A stretch of DNA of 64,000 bases from Tagaea sp. (GTDB lineage: Bacteria; Pseudomonadota; Alphaproteobacteria; CACIAM-22H2). Shown here in pieces: positions 43,283-52,939 of the stretch. A program made the position numbers and the translations under genes. Location of the stretch: the NCBI GenBank assembly GCA_965279525.1, contig CBDIIB010000005.1, positions 1,120,001 to 1,184,000 on the forward strand, read 5' to 3'. Below the pieces are notes generated by a model. It worked only from the letters and a program-made list of their open reading frames with translations. It was not told the origin of the DNA and did no database searches. The first letter of the stretch is position 1. Each line of letters starts with the position of its first letter.

Positions 43283-45151
43283 TTGTCTCCTGAACTTAAT
43301 TGTCGAGTCGATTTTTCGAACGTTTTCAGTATTCTTCCGATAGTTGTGTCCTGCGAGATCGGAACGGGGCTGGCATTGCTGAAGTATAAGGTCGATTGGA
43401 ACGGTCGCACTGGCAAGCGGTGGGAGCTGATGTTCTTGGGCAAGATTTATTCAATGCCCAAAGGCGGTTCTCAGCACATGGTCGACGCGGTGTTTTCGAG
43501 CATAGACGCCCGAAGGGGCCAATATGAAATTCACACCAAACGAATAGGAATTGGCGAACTTCCGTACTTAATTCCTGGCAGCATTTGGGTAAGCAAGATT
43601 CGGGCGGGCGAACACTTCATCCAGATCATTAATCCTGTCGAGTTTGGCGAAAAGGAAATCAACACACTCAATTTGTTCAATGCGGAAACTGTTCCCCAGA
43701 TCGAACTGGCGGATTTCGAAAATTTCAAAGACCCCCTGAGGCTCTTTCGATCCCTCAGGGCCTATTCACGGATGCCAGTGTTCAGTATCGACATTAAGAA
43801 CAATCCGAATTTCAAGATTTTCATTCCGCCTATAGAGCTCTTTCGATTTACGTTCGCGAAGACAACTCGTCTTGCCGTCAAAATTACGCATCGGACGATG
43901 GATGATCTGGCCACTCACGTGCGGTCTCAGGATATCGACGGCAAACGGGTCGTAACGCTGAGATCGTCGGTTCCAAAATCGAGATCACTGACGACCGATG
44001 AGGCTCAAGCTCTTGCAACGGCCTATGACACCGGTCTGGCTTCAGAGTTTTCGCAAAGCGGTTGGAGCGCCGTTCGGCGATCTGTCGATGAGTACGGCGA
44101 ACCGATTAAAGATGGGGAATTTCTCAAAGGCAAATTTTTCTGGAAGACCGGCGATAAGTTTCGGTCGATTGGCCACATGTTGGATCTTGGAAATAAAGTG
44201 TATGCGTTTTTCGTGCAGGGGATACTCGAAACGAATCATCACCCTTCGTTCAACAGGATCGATATTCTCGAGTGCCAAAGCATCAAGAGGCAAACTGACT
44301 ACGATCAACGCAAGAACATGTATCCGGGTGCCGTTACTGCTACCATCGGCGAAGAGATCGAATCGGTAGAAGGGCCCAAGACGGCGCGCGCTTCGGCGAA
44401 ATATACAGTTCAGCTTCCGGAGCCAGAATTGGGGGTTGCTAAGATCGAGGTCTTAAAGATCGAAGAATCAACCGACGACTACGAAACCGACAACAAGAAG
44501 GTTATCGGAGGAGATAAGCCGAAAGCATCTTCGACAGGAGAGGCGGTAGGCAATAACGGAAGGATCTCTGGGTTGGAAGTAGATCAGGCTGATAATCAGG
44601 AATTCGATTCTTTGCGGGAAATTAAAATTCTCTGGGATGCTGCCCTGAAGATACAAGAGGATTTGAAATTCGAAGTTTGCTCGGTGAAATCGGATAGACC
44701 CGCCGCATCGGGCGTAAGGCGCGGCGATAAGACCGCTCAACTATGTCAGTTCTATCCCAAGTCCGGTGAAGCGCGGCACAAATGGTCGACGAAAAGGATT
44801 CGGGGGAAAACGTTCGTTCGTCGCGCACTATGCGTGCAGTTCAAAAATAATAAAAAATTTGCGTACGCGATCGAGGTTGAGCGGTTTTCTGAGAACGACA
44901 ATTATTGCCTTTTCACGTTCAGTTTGAACAGCCAGGCTGAGATCAAACCCGAAATGCTAGATCAATTTCTCTTAATTCTTGCGAACTCGGAAAGTCGCCG
45001 ACTCGCAAAAGATTTGCCGAACAGCCTCGGATTGACGTCACTCAAATTTCCCCATTACGAGACACGGCAAAGCGTAGATGGTCTTGCCAACGCAATTGGC
45101 CCATTCCTTTTCAACAATCTGGATGGACTGATGTTGGATATACGGAAGTGA
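43283..45151 (+). CDS. TnsE-like Tn7 target-selection protein
   Basis: Colinear motif similarity to E. coli Tn7 TnsE as recalled: IFIPPIELFRFTF, acidic linker, SSTGE, RRALCVQF..AYAIEVE, FPH..DGLANAI; true start may be 43376. Confidence 0.65.
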   Translation: MSPELNCRVDFSNVFSILPIVVSCEIGTGLALLKYKVDWNGRTGKRWELMFLGKIYSMPKGGSQHMVDAVFSSIDARRGQYEIHTKRIGIGELPYLIPGSIWVSKIRAGEHFIQIINPVEFGEKEINTLNLFNAETVPQIELADFENFKDPLRLFRSLRAYSRMPVFSIDIKNNPNFKIFIPPIELFRFTFAKTTRLAVKITHRTMDDLATHVRSQDIDGKRVVTLRSSVPKSRSLTTDEAQALATAYDTGLASEFSQSGWSAVRRSVDEYGEPIKDGEFLKGKFFWKTGDKFRSIGHMLDLGNKVYAFFVQGILETNHHPSFNRIDILECQSIKRQTDYDQRKNMYPGAVTATIGEEIESVEGPKTARASAKYTVQLPEPELGVAKIEVLKIEESTDDYETDNKKVIGGDKPKASSTGEAVGNNGRISGLEVDQADNQEFDSLREIKILWDAALKIQEDLKFEVCSVKSDRPAASGVRRGDKTAQLCQFYPKSGEARHKWSTKRIRGKTFVRRALCVQFKNNKKFAYAIEVERFSENDNYCLFTFSLNSQAEIKPEMLDQFLLILANSESRRLAKDLPNSLGLTSLKFPHYETRQSVDGLANAIGPFLFNNLDGLMLDIRK

Positions 45152-45394
45152 GAACTGAGCCTGAGTCGGTTCCGATTTTCTAATCGGCGGCGAGATCGAG
45201 AAGCCCGCGCGCCTCGGTGACCGTAATTCCCGCGCAGCCTGTGATTTGCCGAAATGGCCGCGCCGGCTCGCCGCCGCATAGCGATAAAGCCATTCACTAG
45301 GCCAAAAGCCTTGTGCCGTGTCGATGCGCGTTTCACGAATTCCTTAAGTTTGTTCGCTCGTGAATTACGAGACGTATATATATAAATCCAATAA

Positions 45395-45440
45395 AATCAA
45401 TGCCTTGACTCTTTCGGCGAGTTGAGAACATATAGCGAAC
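45395..45440 (+). promoter_or_regulatory. SOS (LexA) box GAAC-N7-GAAC overlapping a promoter, with an IHF-consensus site
   Basis: GAACATATAGCGAAC at 45426-45440; TTGACT at 45405-45410; AATCAATGCCTTG at 45395-45407 matches WATCAANNNNTTR. Confidence 0.75.
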
Positions 45441-45484
45441 AATCAGATCTAAATTGGATGCCCCCTCATTGTCGGGAGCCAAAA

Positions 45485-45760
45485 GTGACCGTGACCTGCC
45501 AGACCTGCCGCAACTGGGAACCGAATGAAACCGGCACTCGCGGCCTGTGCCGATATGCGCCGCCGCGCAGCCAGATCGTCCTCTTTGGGTCGGACGACTT
45601 CGAGCTCAAAGCAGTCTGGGCAACGACCTCCCGCGAGGATCGCTGCGGAGCCTGGGTCAGCACACACCTACTCAATCGGGCGTCCAGTTGGCCTCCCTCA
45701 GGCACCAAACACCCCTTCAAAGAGAGGGCGCATGACAAGCCCTCCGATATGGAGAAGTAG
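45485..45760 (+). CDS. Small Cys-rich hypothetical protein (phage-type motif)
   Basis: CQTCRNW...GLCRYAPP...WATT..DRCGAW; stop lies 1 bp before the ATPase ATG; start uncertain. Confidence 0.6.
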   Translation: MTVTCQTCRNWEPNETGTRGLCRYAPPRSQIVLFGSDDFELKAVWATTSREDRCGAWVSTHLLNRASSWPPSGTKHPFKERAHDKPSDMEK

Positions 45761-45761
45761 C

Positions 45762-47138
45762 ATGTACATCCCGCACTACGAATCCGACTTCGTGAGGTTT
45801 GCCTACTGGGTCCGCCCGCCCAGCATCAATGAAATTGGCATCATGCGAGCCCGCCACTTTGGGCGGGCGCTCATGGACCACCCGTCACTGGCCGGCATCG
45901 AGGTATTTGACGACGAGGCCAAGACGCTGGAGCGGGCGCTCGAGTTCCGCAAAGCCAATCGCCCAGGACTCTATATCGCCTGCCTTGTCTATCTGGCGCT
46001 CCAGAACAACCCAATCGCTTGCCTCACCCTGGCAGGGATCCTCATGCAGCGCGCGCAGTTCAAGGACCCGCCGAACCAGCGCATGCTCCTCCTGCGGGCG
46101 ACCGGCTGGCTCAAAGCGGCAGATTCCATGAAATTCAATGAGAACTTTGGCTTCCCGCAAGAAGCGCTCTCGCGGATCGAGAAGGCCTCGAGTGCGGCCG
46201 ACAATGGGAAAATCTCCGAAATACGCCGTCAGATCGAGCGAAACGAGCGGAGAGTGACCCTCATCGAGAGCGTACTCCCGAAGTGGAAGTCAGAGAACGG
46301 AAGCTCCGACAAGTATCGGTGCCTGACGGAGCCCCTCCAGCTTCAGGGAGACCTGACTCCGAACCATGCCAAAGCGCTGCTCGATGCCCTTCGATCCGAA
46401 TATCCGTGGGCGGACGACCTGCTCACGGACATCGAGACCGCATTGACCCTGTCTATTGCCTCCAATAAGCCGTGGCTGTCGCTACCGCCCCTGCTACTGG
46501 TCGGGTCACCTGGAATCGGAAAGACCCGCTTCGCCCGGCGCCTGGCGGAACTCACCGGTGTGCCGATCCGGATCGTCAATACCGGCGGCTCGACTGACAA
46601 TCGGGATTTCTCCGGGACAGCGCGCGGCTGGAACACAGCCCATCCGGCCCGCGTCATCGAGATACTTCGTGAGACGGAAGTGGCAAACCCGATCGTCCTG
46701 CTCGACGAGATCGACAAAGCAGGTGGTGGCTATCGGAATGGCCGGATCACGGCAACGCTTCTGACGATGCTGGAGCCCGAGACACGGGCCCGCTTCTACG
46801 ACGAAGCTCTAACCACGAATGTCGACCTCTCCTACGTGAACTGGATCCTCACAGCGAATGACGTCCAGCTCCTCGGACGGCCGCTTTTGTCACGTCTACG
46901 GGTCATCCATATGCCGCCACCACCGGTCTCCGCGGCGCGGCAAATCGTCGAGACAGTACTCAAGGACCTGGCAGCTCGCTATGGCTGGCCGGAAGGGGCA
47001 ATGCCGACGCTGGAGCCTGAAGTCCACACGGCACTCATTAATGCAATGTCCAAAGGTGCGTCCCCGCGGAACATCTCTGTGATGGCCGAGCAGGTCCTGG
47101 CGATCGAGCTGAAGTGGCGACGTACTGCTCTGAACTGA
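45762..47138 (+). CDS. Lon-like AAA+ ATPase without a protease domain
   Basis: LLLVGSPGIGKT (Walker A), NPIVLLDEIDKA (Walker B), LLTMLEPE, VDLSYVNWILTAN, PLLSRL; ends shortly after the lid; alternative start 45732. Confidence 0.88.
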   Translation: MYIPHYESDFVRFAYWVRPPSINEIGIMRARHFGRALMDHPSLAGIEVFDDEAKTLERALEFRKANRPGLYIACLVYLALQNNPIACLTLAGILMQRAQFKDPPNQRMLLLRATGWLKAADSMKFNENFGFPQEALSRIEKASSAADNGKISEIRRQIERNERRVTLIESVLPKWKSENGSSDKYRCLTEPLQLQGDLTPNHAKALLDALRSEYPWADDLLTDIETALTLSIASNKPWLSLPPLLLVGSPGIGKTRFARRLAELTGVPIRIVNTGGSTDNRDFSGTARGWNTAHPARVIEILRETEVANPIVLLDEIDKAGGGYRNGRITATLLTMLEPETRARFYDEALTTNVDLSYVNWILTANDVQLLGRPLLSRLRVIHMPPPPVSAARQIVETVLKDLAARYGWPEGAMPTLEPEVHTALINAMSKGASPRNISVMAEQVLAIELKWRRTALN

Positions 47139-47195
47139 CGCAACTCATGTGTGCTGCCGCACATTTGCGATCGGCATGAAGATTGGAGACTCAGT

Positions 47196-47804
47196 ATGCT
47201 CAAACGCCCGCTTCCAACGCGCGACTGCGGCGCCGGCTGGAACAAACTGATCGATACGCTCATTGCCGATCTTGATGTCATAACGGGTAGGCGAAAAGTC
47301 GAGGTCGTGCAAATCAAGGAGAAGTTCGGTGCATTGCGATTCTACCTCGCGGGCAAAACTAAGCTGCCGTCCGAACTTCTGGGCCGCATACAAGCGCGCA
47401 TCGGCGAAGCAGAAAGAAGTTCCGCCGTTATCTGCGAAGAATGTGGAGAACCGGGGATGATCCATACGTGGGACGGCAGAGGGTACTACTGCGCCCGCTG
47501 CCAGCGACATGCGCGGGAGATCGCGCGAACGAACCTCACGAATTATCGCGGGCAAGATTGGAATCTCGACCGAAACTGGCGTCTGGTCGATAAAAGCGGG
47601 GTCGCACTTTCTGAGAAAATCATTAGTGGATTGGACATGGCCGCAGCTCAGTCCATTGCACAAATCGCGGAGGACTCGAAACGCCTAGCGGACGGGATGG
47701 CCAACGCCATCCGACAGAGGGCTGGGATAGTTCCGAATGTGCGAGTCCACATGCCGGCGGACGCAGCACATCATTGGCAAGCCGCGCGATTCCTAGCGGA
47801 ATAG
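47196..47804 (+). CDS. Hypothetical protein with QIKEKFGALRFY motif and CxxC...CxxC
   Basis: CGAGW, VVQIKEKFGALRFYL, CEECG, CARC; GGAGA RBS. Confidence 0.75.
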   Translation: MLKRPLPTRDCGAGWNKLIDTLIADLDVITGRRKVEVVQIKEKFGALRFYLAGKTKLPSELLGRIQARIGEAERSSAVICEECGEPGMIHTWDGRGYYCARCQRHAREIARTNLTNYRGQDWNLDRNWRLVDKSGVALSEKIISGLDMAAAQSIAQIAEDSKRLADGMANAIRQRAGIVPNVRVHMPADAAHHWQAARFLAE

Positions 47805-47915
47805 CCCCACATGGTCGGATTCAAGTGATCAGCACGGAGTCATTGTAAGCGCAATCAAGCGGACGGAACGACGAATTGGGCCGAGCAACGACTAAGGCAT
47901 TCAGAAGAGATTCGC

Positions 47916-48587
47916 ATGGTCATCATCGATATAGAAGTTTCATCGTTGGTGGACGGATACCCGATCGAGATTGGCTGGGCACGCTCAGACGGAGAATGTC
48001 GTGCCTATCTAATAAGGCCGACCGATGAACTGATCGCTCATACGAAATGGGATCCTGTTTCCCAGAGCATCCATGGCATATCACGTGAGCTTCTTGAGCA
48101 GCGGGGAATGCCAATCGACGAGGTTGTCGCAAATCTCAATAGGGATCTCGACGGTGAGAGAATCCTTTCGGATGCCCCTTCACATGATTGGCAATGGCTG
48201 ATGGTCCTCCTCGAGTTCTCGAGTGTCGAGCGGTTTACCTTTGAAATGCTGAAAATGCCGGTTGATTCTCTCTTGCTACGCGAAGCAAATGAGCACGGCA
48301 TAAAAGGTACAGATCTTCGCTATGTGCTCGAAAAGCAGGAGCGAGCGCATGTTCATGCAGCGGCACACGATGCGGCAAGCTGGGCTGCGGCCGTAGAGGC
48401 CATTTCGGCTGCGAGTCGCGGCGATACCGCCGCTGTTGCCAGTATATTTGAGACCTGGCGGTCTCGTGCAACTGCAGCAGCACCGTGGCGGGAGAGTTCA
48501 AGTGGCAAAGAAAAAGGTGGCCAAAAGAGTGACACGAAGGAGCAAGCCCGCAAGGCAGAAACCCAAAATGAGCGGAAGGACGCTTAA
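47916..48587 (+). CDS. DEDDh (DnaQ-like) 3'-5' exonuclease
   Basis: IDIE (ExoI), PIEIGW, IHGI, SDAPSHD (ExoII), H.A..DA (ExoIII). Confidence 0.82.
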   Translation: MVIIDIEVSSLVDGYPIEIGWARSDGECRAYLIRPTDELIAHTKWDPVSQSIHGISRELLEQRGMPIDEVVANLNRDLDGERILSDAPSHDWQWLMVLLEFSSVERFTFEMLKMPVDSLLLREANEHGIKGTDLRYVLEKQERAHVHAAAHDAASWAAAVEAISAASRGDTAAVASIFETWRSRATAAAPWRESSSGKEKGGQKSDTKEQARKAETQNERKDA

Positions 48588-48639
48588 TGCCGAGAAGGGA
48601 TTCGGCTAATGGCTGCTCGAAACCGCCGACACACCGGAT

Positions 48640-48928
48640 ACTGTTCGAGAACTACTTTGCCCGGTGATCTCGAAGTCAAGATCGGCTGCTTGGTCGATCA
48701 CTACAACCACTGCCGATACCACGAAAGCCTCGGCAACCTCACGCTGACCGACGCCCACACGAGGCGCGGGCAGGCCATTCTGGAAAGGAGGGAAGCGATC
48801 AAGCGCAGGACCATCGAGTACCGCCGCTTGCTGCACCGGCAAGCGACCGCCTAAACTGCCAACCCAGATGTACCGAAGCCTCTGTTAGCAGCAGCCTCAA
48901 ACTGCCCCGATTGTTCTGCCGACGGACA
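48640..48928 (+). mobile_element. IS3/IS481-type transposase C-terminal remnant with terminal repeat
   Basis: LPGDLE..I..VDHYNH.RYHESLGNLT..RGQAILERREAIKRRTIE; end sequence ...TTCTGCCGACGGACA. Confidence 0.8.
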
Positions 48929-49026
48929 GTCTCTTTCAACCGTGACGATGAGTCGAAAACCCTCCATTACGCAAACTGCTCAGGCTGTCGTATGGGCGCT
49001 GACGGGGGACAGGACGCTTCGCTCGC

Positions 49027-49971
49027 TCATGCGCCGCGTCCTGAAGACCGCGCCTTGCCGGCGCCGAGCCCGAGCGTGGCGACATCGTTCTTGAGCGCCG
49101 ACAGTATCATACGAACCGGCGCAAGCGTTCGCATTGACGCGCGATACGTCACGCCGCTGCGGATTGTCCAGTCATAGCCGCGCACGTTCAACGCCTGCAA
49201 GCCGGGGGTGACGCTGGGGCGGAGTAGTGGCTTGGGCAGGCTTGTCAGGAATCCATCGTTGCGCACAAGCTTCAGCGCCAGGTCGAGCGACTCGGTCGTG
49301 ACCGTGTCGCGTGGCGGCGTTATGCCGTTGGCGCTGAACACCCGTTCGATTTGCGCACGCGTGAGCGTATCATAGCTGAGCATCACCCAAGGCCTGCGGG
49401 CGATCTCGCCCAACGGCGCTTCGGCTAAGCGTGCGAGCGACGATTGCCGCGCGGCGACGACGCAATTGGCTTGATCGTAGAGGAACAATTCGTCCAGCCC
49501 TTCGCCCGATATCGGCTCCTTAGCCAGGCCGCCGGCATAGAGGCTGATCTCCCCCGCATGTAGAGCGGGAAGCAACAGCGCGCCGACGCCGATGCGCACC
49601 GAAACGTGCAGATTGGGATAGTCGCGCGCCAGCCGCGCCAGAATGCTGGGCATGAACACCGACGCATAGGTGGGGCCGATGCCGATGCGCAGTTCGCCAC
49701 GTGCGCCGTCGCGCGTGGCGGTCAGTTCCATCAGCGACCCGTTCCATTCGCCCTGAATCGTGCGCGCGCGTCGATAGAAGACCTGCCCCATCTCGGTCAA
49801 CACAACCCCGCGCGCGGAACGGTCGAACAGCGGCGTGCGCAAATGTTCTTCGAGCAGTTGCAATGACTTCGACAGTGCAGGCTGGCTGATGTTCAGCCTG
49901 CGCGCGGCACCTTGCACGCTCCCATGCTCCGCGACCGCCAGGAAATGCTGGATGCGCCAAATCTGTTCCAT
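49027..49971 (-). CDS. LysR-family regulator
   Basis: FLAVAEHGSVQGAARRLNISQPALSKS; divergent from the sulfatase operon. Confidence 0.93.
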   Translation of the reverse strand: MEQIWRIQHFLAVAEHGSVQGAARRLNISQPALSKSLQLLEEHLRTPLFDRSARGVVLTEMGQVFYRRARTIQGEWNGSLMELTATRDGARGELRIGIGPTYASVFMPSILARLARDYPNLHVSVRIGVGALLLPALHAGEISLYAGGLAKEPISGEGLDELFLYDQANCVVAARQSSLARLAEAPLGEIARRPWVMLSYDTLTRAQIERVFSANGITPPRDTVTTESLDLALKLVRNDGFLTSLPKPLLRPSVTPGLQALNVRGYDWTIRSGVTYRASMRTLAPVRMILSALKNDVATLGLGAGKARSSGRGA

Positions 49972-50057
49972 CGATTTCAGTTATATCTCATATCGACGAA
50001 AATATTACCCAAATCTGGCCGGGCGGCTAGAAAAGGAGCGTCCTGGGAGGGACGCCG

Positions 50058-51572
50058 ATGCGCGCCGTTTTCGTGCTTTTCGATTCGCTCAATCGACTTG
50101 CGTTGGGCTGCTATGGCGGCACGCAGATCGCCACGCCGAATTTCGACCGGTTCGCGCGCCGCGCGGCGACGTTCGACAATCACTATGCCGGGTCGCTGCC
50201 GTGCATGCCCGCACGCCGCGACATTCATACCGGGCGGCTCAACTTCATGCACCGCTCCTGGGGGCCGTTGGAGCCTTTCGACAATTCGCTGCCCGAGATC
50301 CTGAAGAAGGCCGGAATATACAGCCATCTGATAAGCGACCACTTCCACTACTTCGAGGACGGTGGCGCCACCTATCATAGCCGCTACAACACTTGGGAAT
50401 TCGTGCGCGGCCAGGAGAACGATCCCTGGGTCGCGATGGTCAAGCCGCCGATCGAGCGCTTCAAGGAAAAATATTCCGATCATCACTACAACGCACCCGG
50501 TGACTTTGTGCGCCGTCAGAACCAGATTAACCGCGAGAAGATCGTGGCGGAGGCGGATTTTCCCGGCCCGCAATGTTTCGAGCGTGCCTTTCGCTTTCTT
50601 GACGTGAATCGCGGCGCCAATGATTGGATGCTGCATCTCGAATGCTTCGATCCGCACGAACCGTTCCACGCGCCCGACCGATTCAAGGAGGCGTATCGTA
50701 CCGCCTATAACGGCCCGATCCTCGACTGGCCGAAATATGGGCCAGTCCGGGAAAACAAACTGGAGATCGCGGAGATCCGCGCGAATTACGCGGCCCTGGT
50801 TGCAATGTGCGACGCCTATTTCGGCAAGCTGCTCGACTATTTCGACGCGCACGACATGTGGAGGGATACGTGCCTGATCCTGACCACGGATCACGGCTTT
50901 CTGCTCAGCGAGCACGATTGGTGGGGTAAGAACCAGACGCCCTACTACGAGGAAATCTCTCATATTCCGACGATCGTCCATCATCCGGATCATGAGGCGC
51001 GTGCCGGCACCCGTGTGCGGGCGCTCTCGCAGACGACCGATCTGATGCCGACGATTCTGGACATCTTCGGCCTTCCCAGTCCACCCGAAACGACGGGAAG
51101 TTCCCTGCTGCCGCTGATCGCTGGGGCTCCGGGTCGCGAGGCCATCATTTTCGGCATGTTCGGCGGTCCGATCGGCATCACCGACGGGACGTACAGCTAT
51201 TTCCGCTATCCGCGTGACCTTTACGACGAGACGCTGGGAGAATACACGCTGATGCCAACGCATCTGGCTGGGTTCTTCAACGCCAACGAGTTGAAGACGG
51301 CAACGCTGGCCGGGCCGTTCGATTTCACCAAGGGTCTGAAACTGATGCGCTACAGCGCGCTCAACGAAGCGCGACGGCCGCCGGGCGCGAACAGCCGTAG
51401 CCAAGCGGGTTTCAAATCGGCGATCTACGACAACGCACGCGATCCCAGCCAACTGAACCCGATCGACCTGCCGCCGGTCGAAACGAAGCTGAAGGAAGCC
51501 GCGATCCGGCTGCTGCGCGCGCATGATGCGCCGCGGGAGTATTTCGAGTGGTTGGCGCTTGCGGCTGAATAA
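50058..51572 (+). CDS. Sulfatase (Cys-type, formylglycine-dependent family)
   Basis: FDSLNR, TPNFDRFA, CMPARR..HTG (CxPxR), DPHEPF, TTDHG. Confidence 0.93.
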   Translation: MRAVFVLFDSLNRLALGCYGGTQIATPNFDRFARRAATFDNHYAGSLPCMPARRDIHTGRLNFMHRSWGPLEPFDNSLPEILKKAGIYSHLISDHFHYFEDGGATYHSRYNTWEFVRGQENDPWVAMVKPPIERFKEKYSDHHYNAPGDFVRRQNQINREKIVAEADFPGPQCFERAFRFLDVNRGANDWMLHLECFDPHEPFHAPDRFKEAYRTAYNGPILDWPKYGPVRENKLEIAEIRANYAALVAMCDAYFGKLLDYFDAHDMWRDTCLILTTDHGFLLSEHDWWGKNQTPYYEEISHIPTIVHHPDHEARAGTRVRALSQTTDLMPTILDIFGLPSPPETTGSSLLPLIAGAPGREAIIFGMFGGPIGITDGTYSYFRYPRDLYDETLGEYTLMPTHLAGFFNANELKTATLAGPFDFTKGLKLMRYSALNEARRPPGANSRSQAGFKSAIYDNARDPSQLNPIDLPPVETKLKEAAIRLLRAHDAPREYFEWLALAAE

Positions 51573-51594
51573 AACCCGAATGGGAGGAGAAGCC

Positions 51595-52935
51595 ATGTTG
51601 GTCGAAAAATTCAAGGCCGTCTTTGGTGCCGTGACGCGGCGCGGCGCGCTGGCGGGTACGTTGGCGCTCGCCGCCGGATCGGCGTTCGCGCAAAACCAGC
51701 CGCCCATCACCATGGCGATCAATCAATCGCCCTGGCTCAAATCATTCGTCGCGGAAGTCGACGCCTACGAAAAGGCGACCGGCAACAAGGTCAAGCTCGA
51801 CGTGCTGCCATTCGGCGGCTTGCTTGAGAAAATCCGCAACTCTGTGCGCGGTCCGCAAGGCGAATACGACATCGTCAATATCAACTCGCTGTGGCTCGCC
51901 GAGATCTACTCGGGCGGATTCTTGGTGCCGCTGACCGACATTCGCGCCGGCTACAAGCTGCCGGAGGGCGTTCTGACGTTCGGGAATACCACCCATTGGA
52001 GCGCCTCGACCGGTACATTTTCCGCGAACGGTGCGCTTATGGGCGTGCCGGTCAACGGCAATGTCCAAGTCCTCTTCTACAACGTCGATGCCTATGCAGA
52101 GCGCGGCCTCAAGCCGCCCAAAACGTGGGACGATCTCGTCGCGAACGCGCAGGCGATCCATAAAGGCGGCAAGTACTATGGCTTCACGCCGCGCGCCGCC
52201 CGCGATTCGATCGTCTACAACTTCACGCCCTATCTATTCAGCCACGACGCCGCCTTCGTGAATATCATCGGCGCCGGCAAGGCGGAGGTTGTCGTCAACA
52301 GCCCAAAGGCCCTGAAGGCGCTTGAAGTCTACGTGAAGCTCGCGACCGAATCCGGACCGCCAGGGCCGGGGAATATCGCGCAGGGCGAATTGATCCAACT
52401 TTTGGCGACCGGTCGGACCGCCCAGGCGATTGCCGTCATCGCGGCATGGGGGCAGCTCGAGGACCCCAAGGCATCGCGCGTCGTGGGCAAGATCAATGCG
52501 GCGCTTTTGCCTTCGGGTCCGAACGGCACGGTCGCGTCCAGTGCCGGACATTGGATCGCCGGCGTGCCAAAGAACGTTACGCCGGAGAAACAGAAGGCCG
52601 CTTTGGCGTTCCTCGACTGGTTTGCGGCGAAGCAGCGACAGGTGGACTACGTGCGCGCCGGCGGTGTGCCTGTGCGCGGCGACATCTCCAGCGCCGATCT
52701 GGGCGGCGGCGACGCGTTCCGCTTCATAGAAGCTTTCTCGCGCAACGCCGAGCATGCGGTGATGGGGCTGCCCTTCGCTCAGGCGGTCGAAACCTCGGAT
52801 GCGATGGCGCTGAGCCTCAACCGCGCGGTGATCGGAGAAATGACGCCAGCCAAAGCGCTCAACCAGGCGGCGTCCGACCTCGCGCGAATTCTGGAACGCG
52901 GCGGCTTCGCCGTCACTCGCCTTCCGGAGTTGTGA
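51595..52935 (+). CDS. Carbohydrate-type ABC transporter substrate-binding protein
   Basis: Tat-like TRRGAL leader, YDIV, LFYN, PKTWDDL. Confidence 0.9.
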   Translation: MLVEKFKAVFGAVTRRGALAGTLALAAGSAFAQNQPPITMAINQSPWLKSFVAEVDAYEKATGNKVKLDVLPFGGLLEKIRNSVRGPQGEYDIVNINSLWLAEIYSGGFLVPLTDIRAGYKLPEGVLTFGNTTHWSASTGTFSANGALMGVPVNGNVQVLFYNVDAYAERGLKPPKTWDDLVANAQAIHKGGKYYGFTPRAARDSIVYNFTPYLFSHDAAFVNIIGAGKAEVVVNSPKALKALEVYVKLATESGPPGPGNIAQGELIQLLATGRTAQAIAVIAAWGQLEDPKASRVVGKINAALLPSGPNGTVASSAGHWIAGVPKNVTPEKQKAALAFLDWFAAKQRQVDYVRAGGVPVRGDISSADLGGGDAFRFIEAFSRNAEHAVMGLPFAQAVETSDAMALSLNRAVIGEMTPAKALNQAASDLARILERGGFAVTRLPEL

Positions 52936-52939
52936 TGGT

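Noticed and set aside
45762-47138. AAA+ ATPase as the element's TnsC
   Set aside because: Motifs are Lon-like (NPIVLLDEIDK, VDLS) rather than TnsC/TniB-like, and no TnsB or TniQ gene is adjacent
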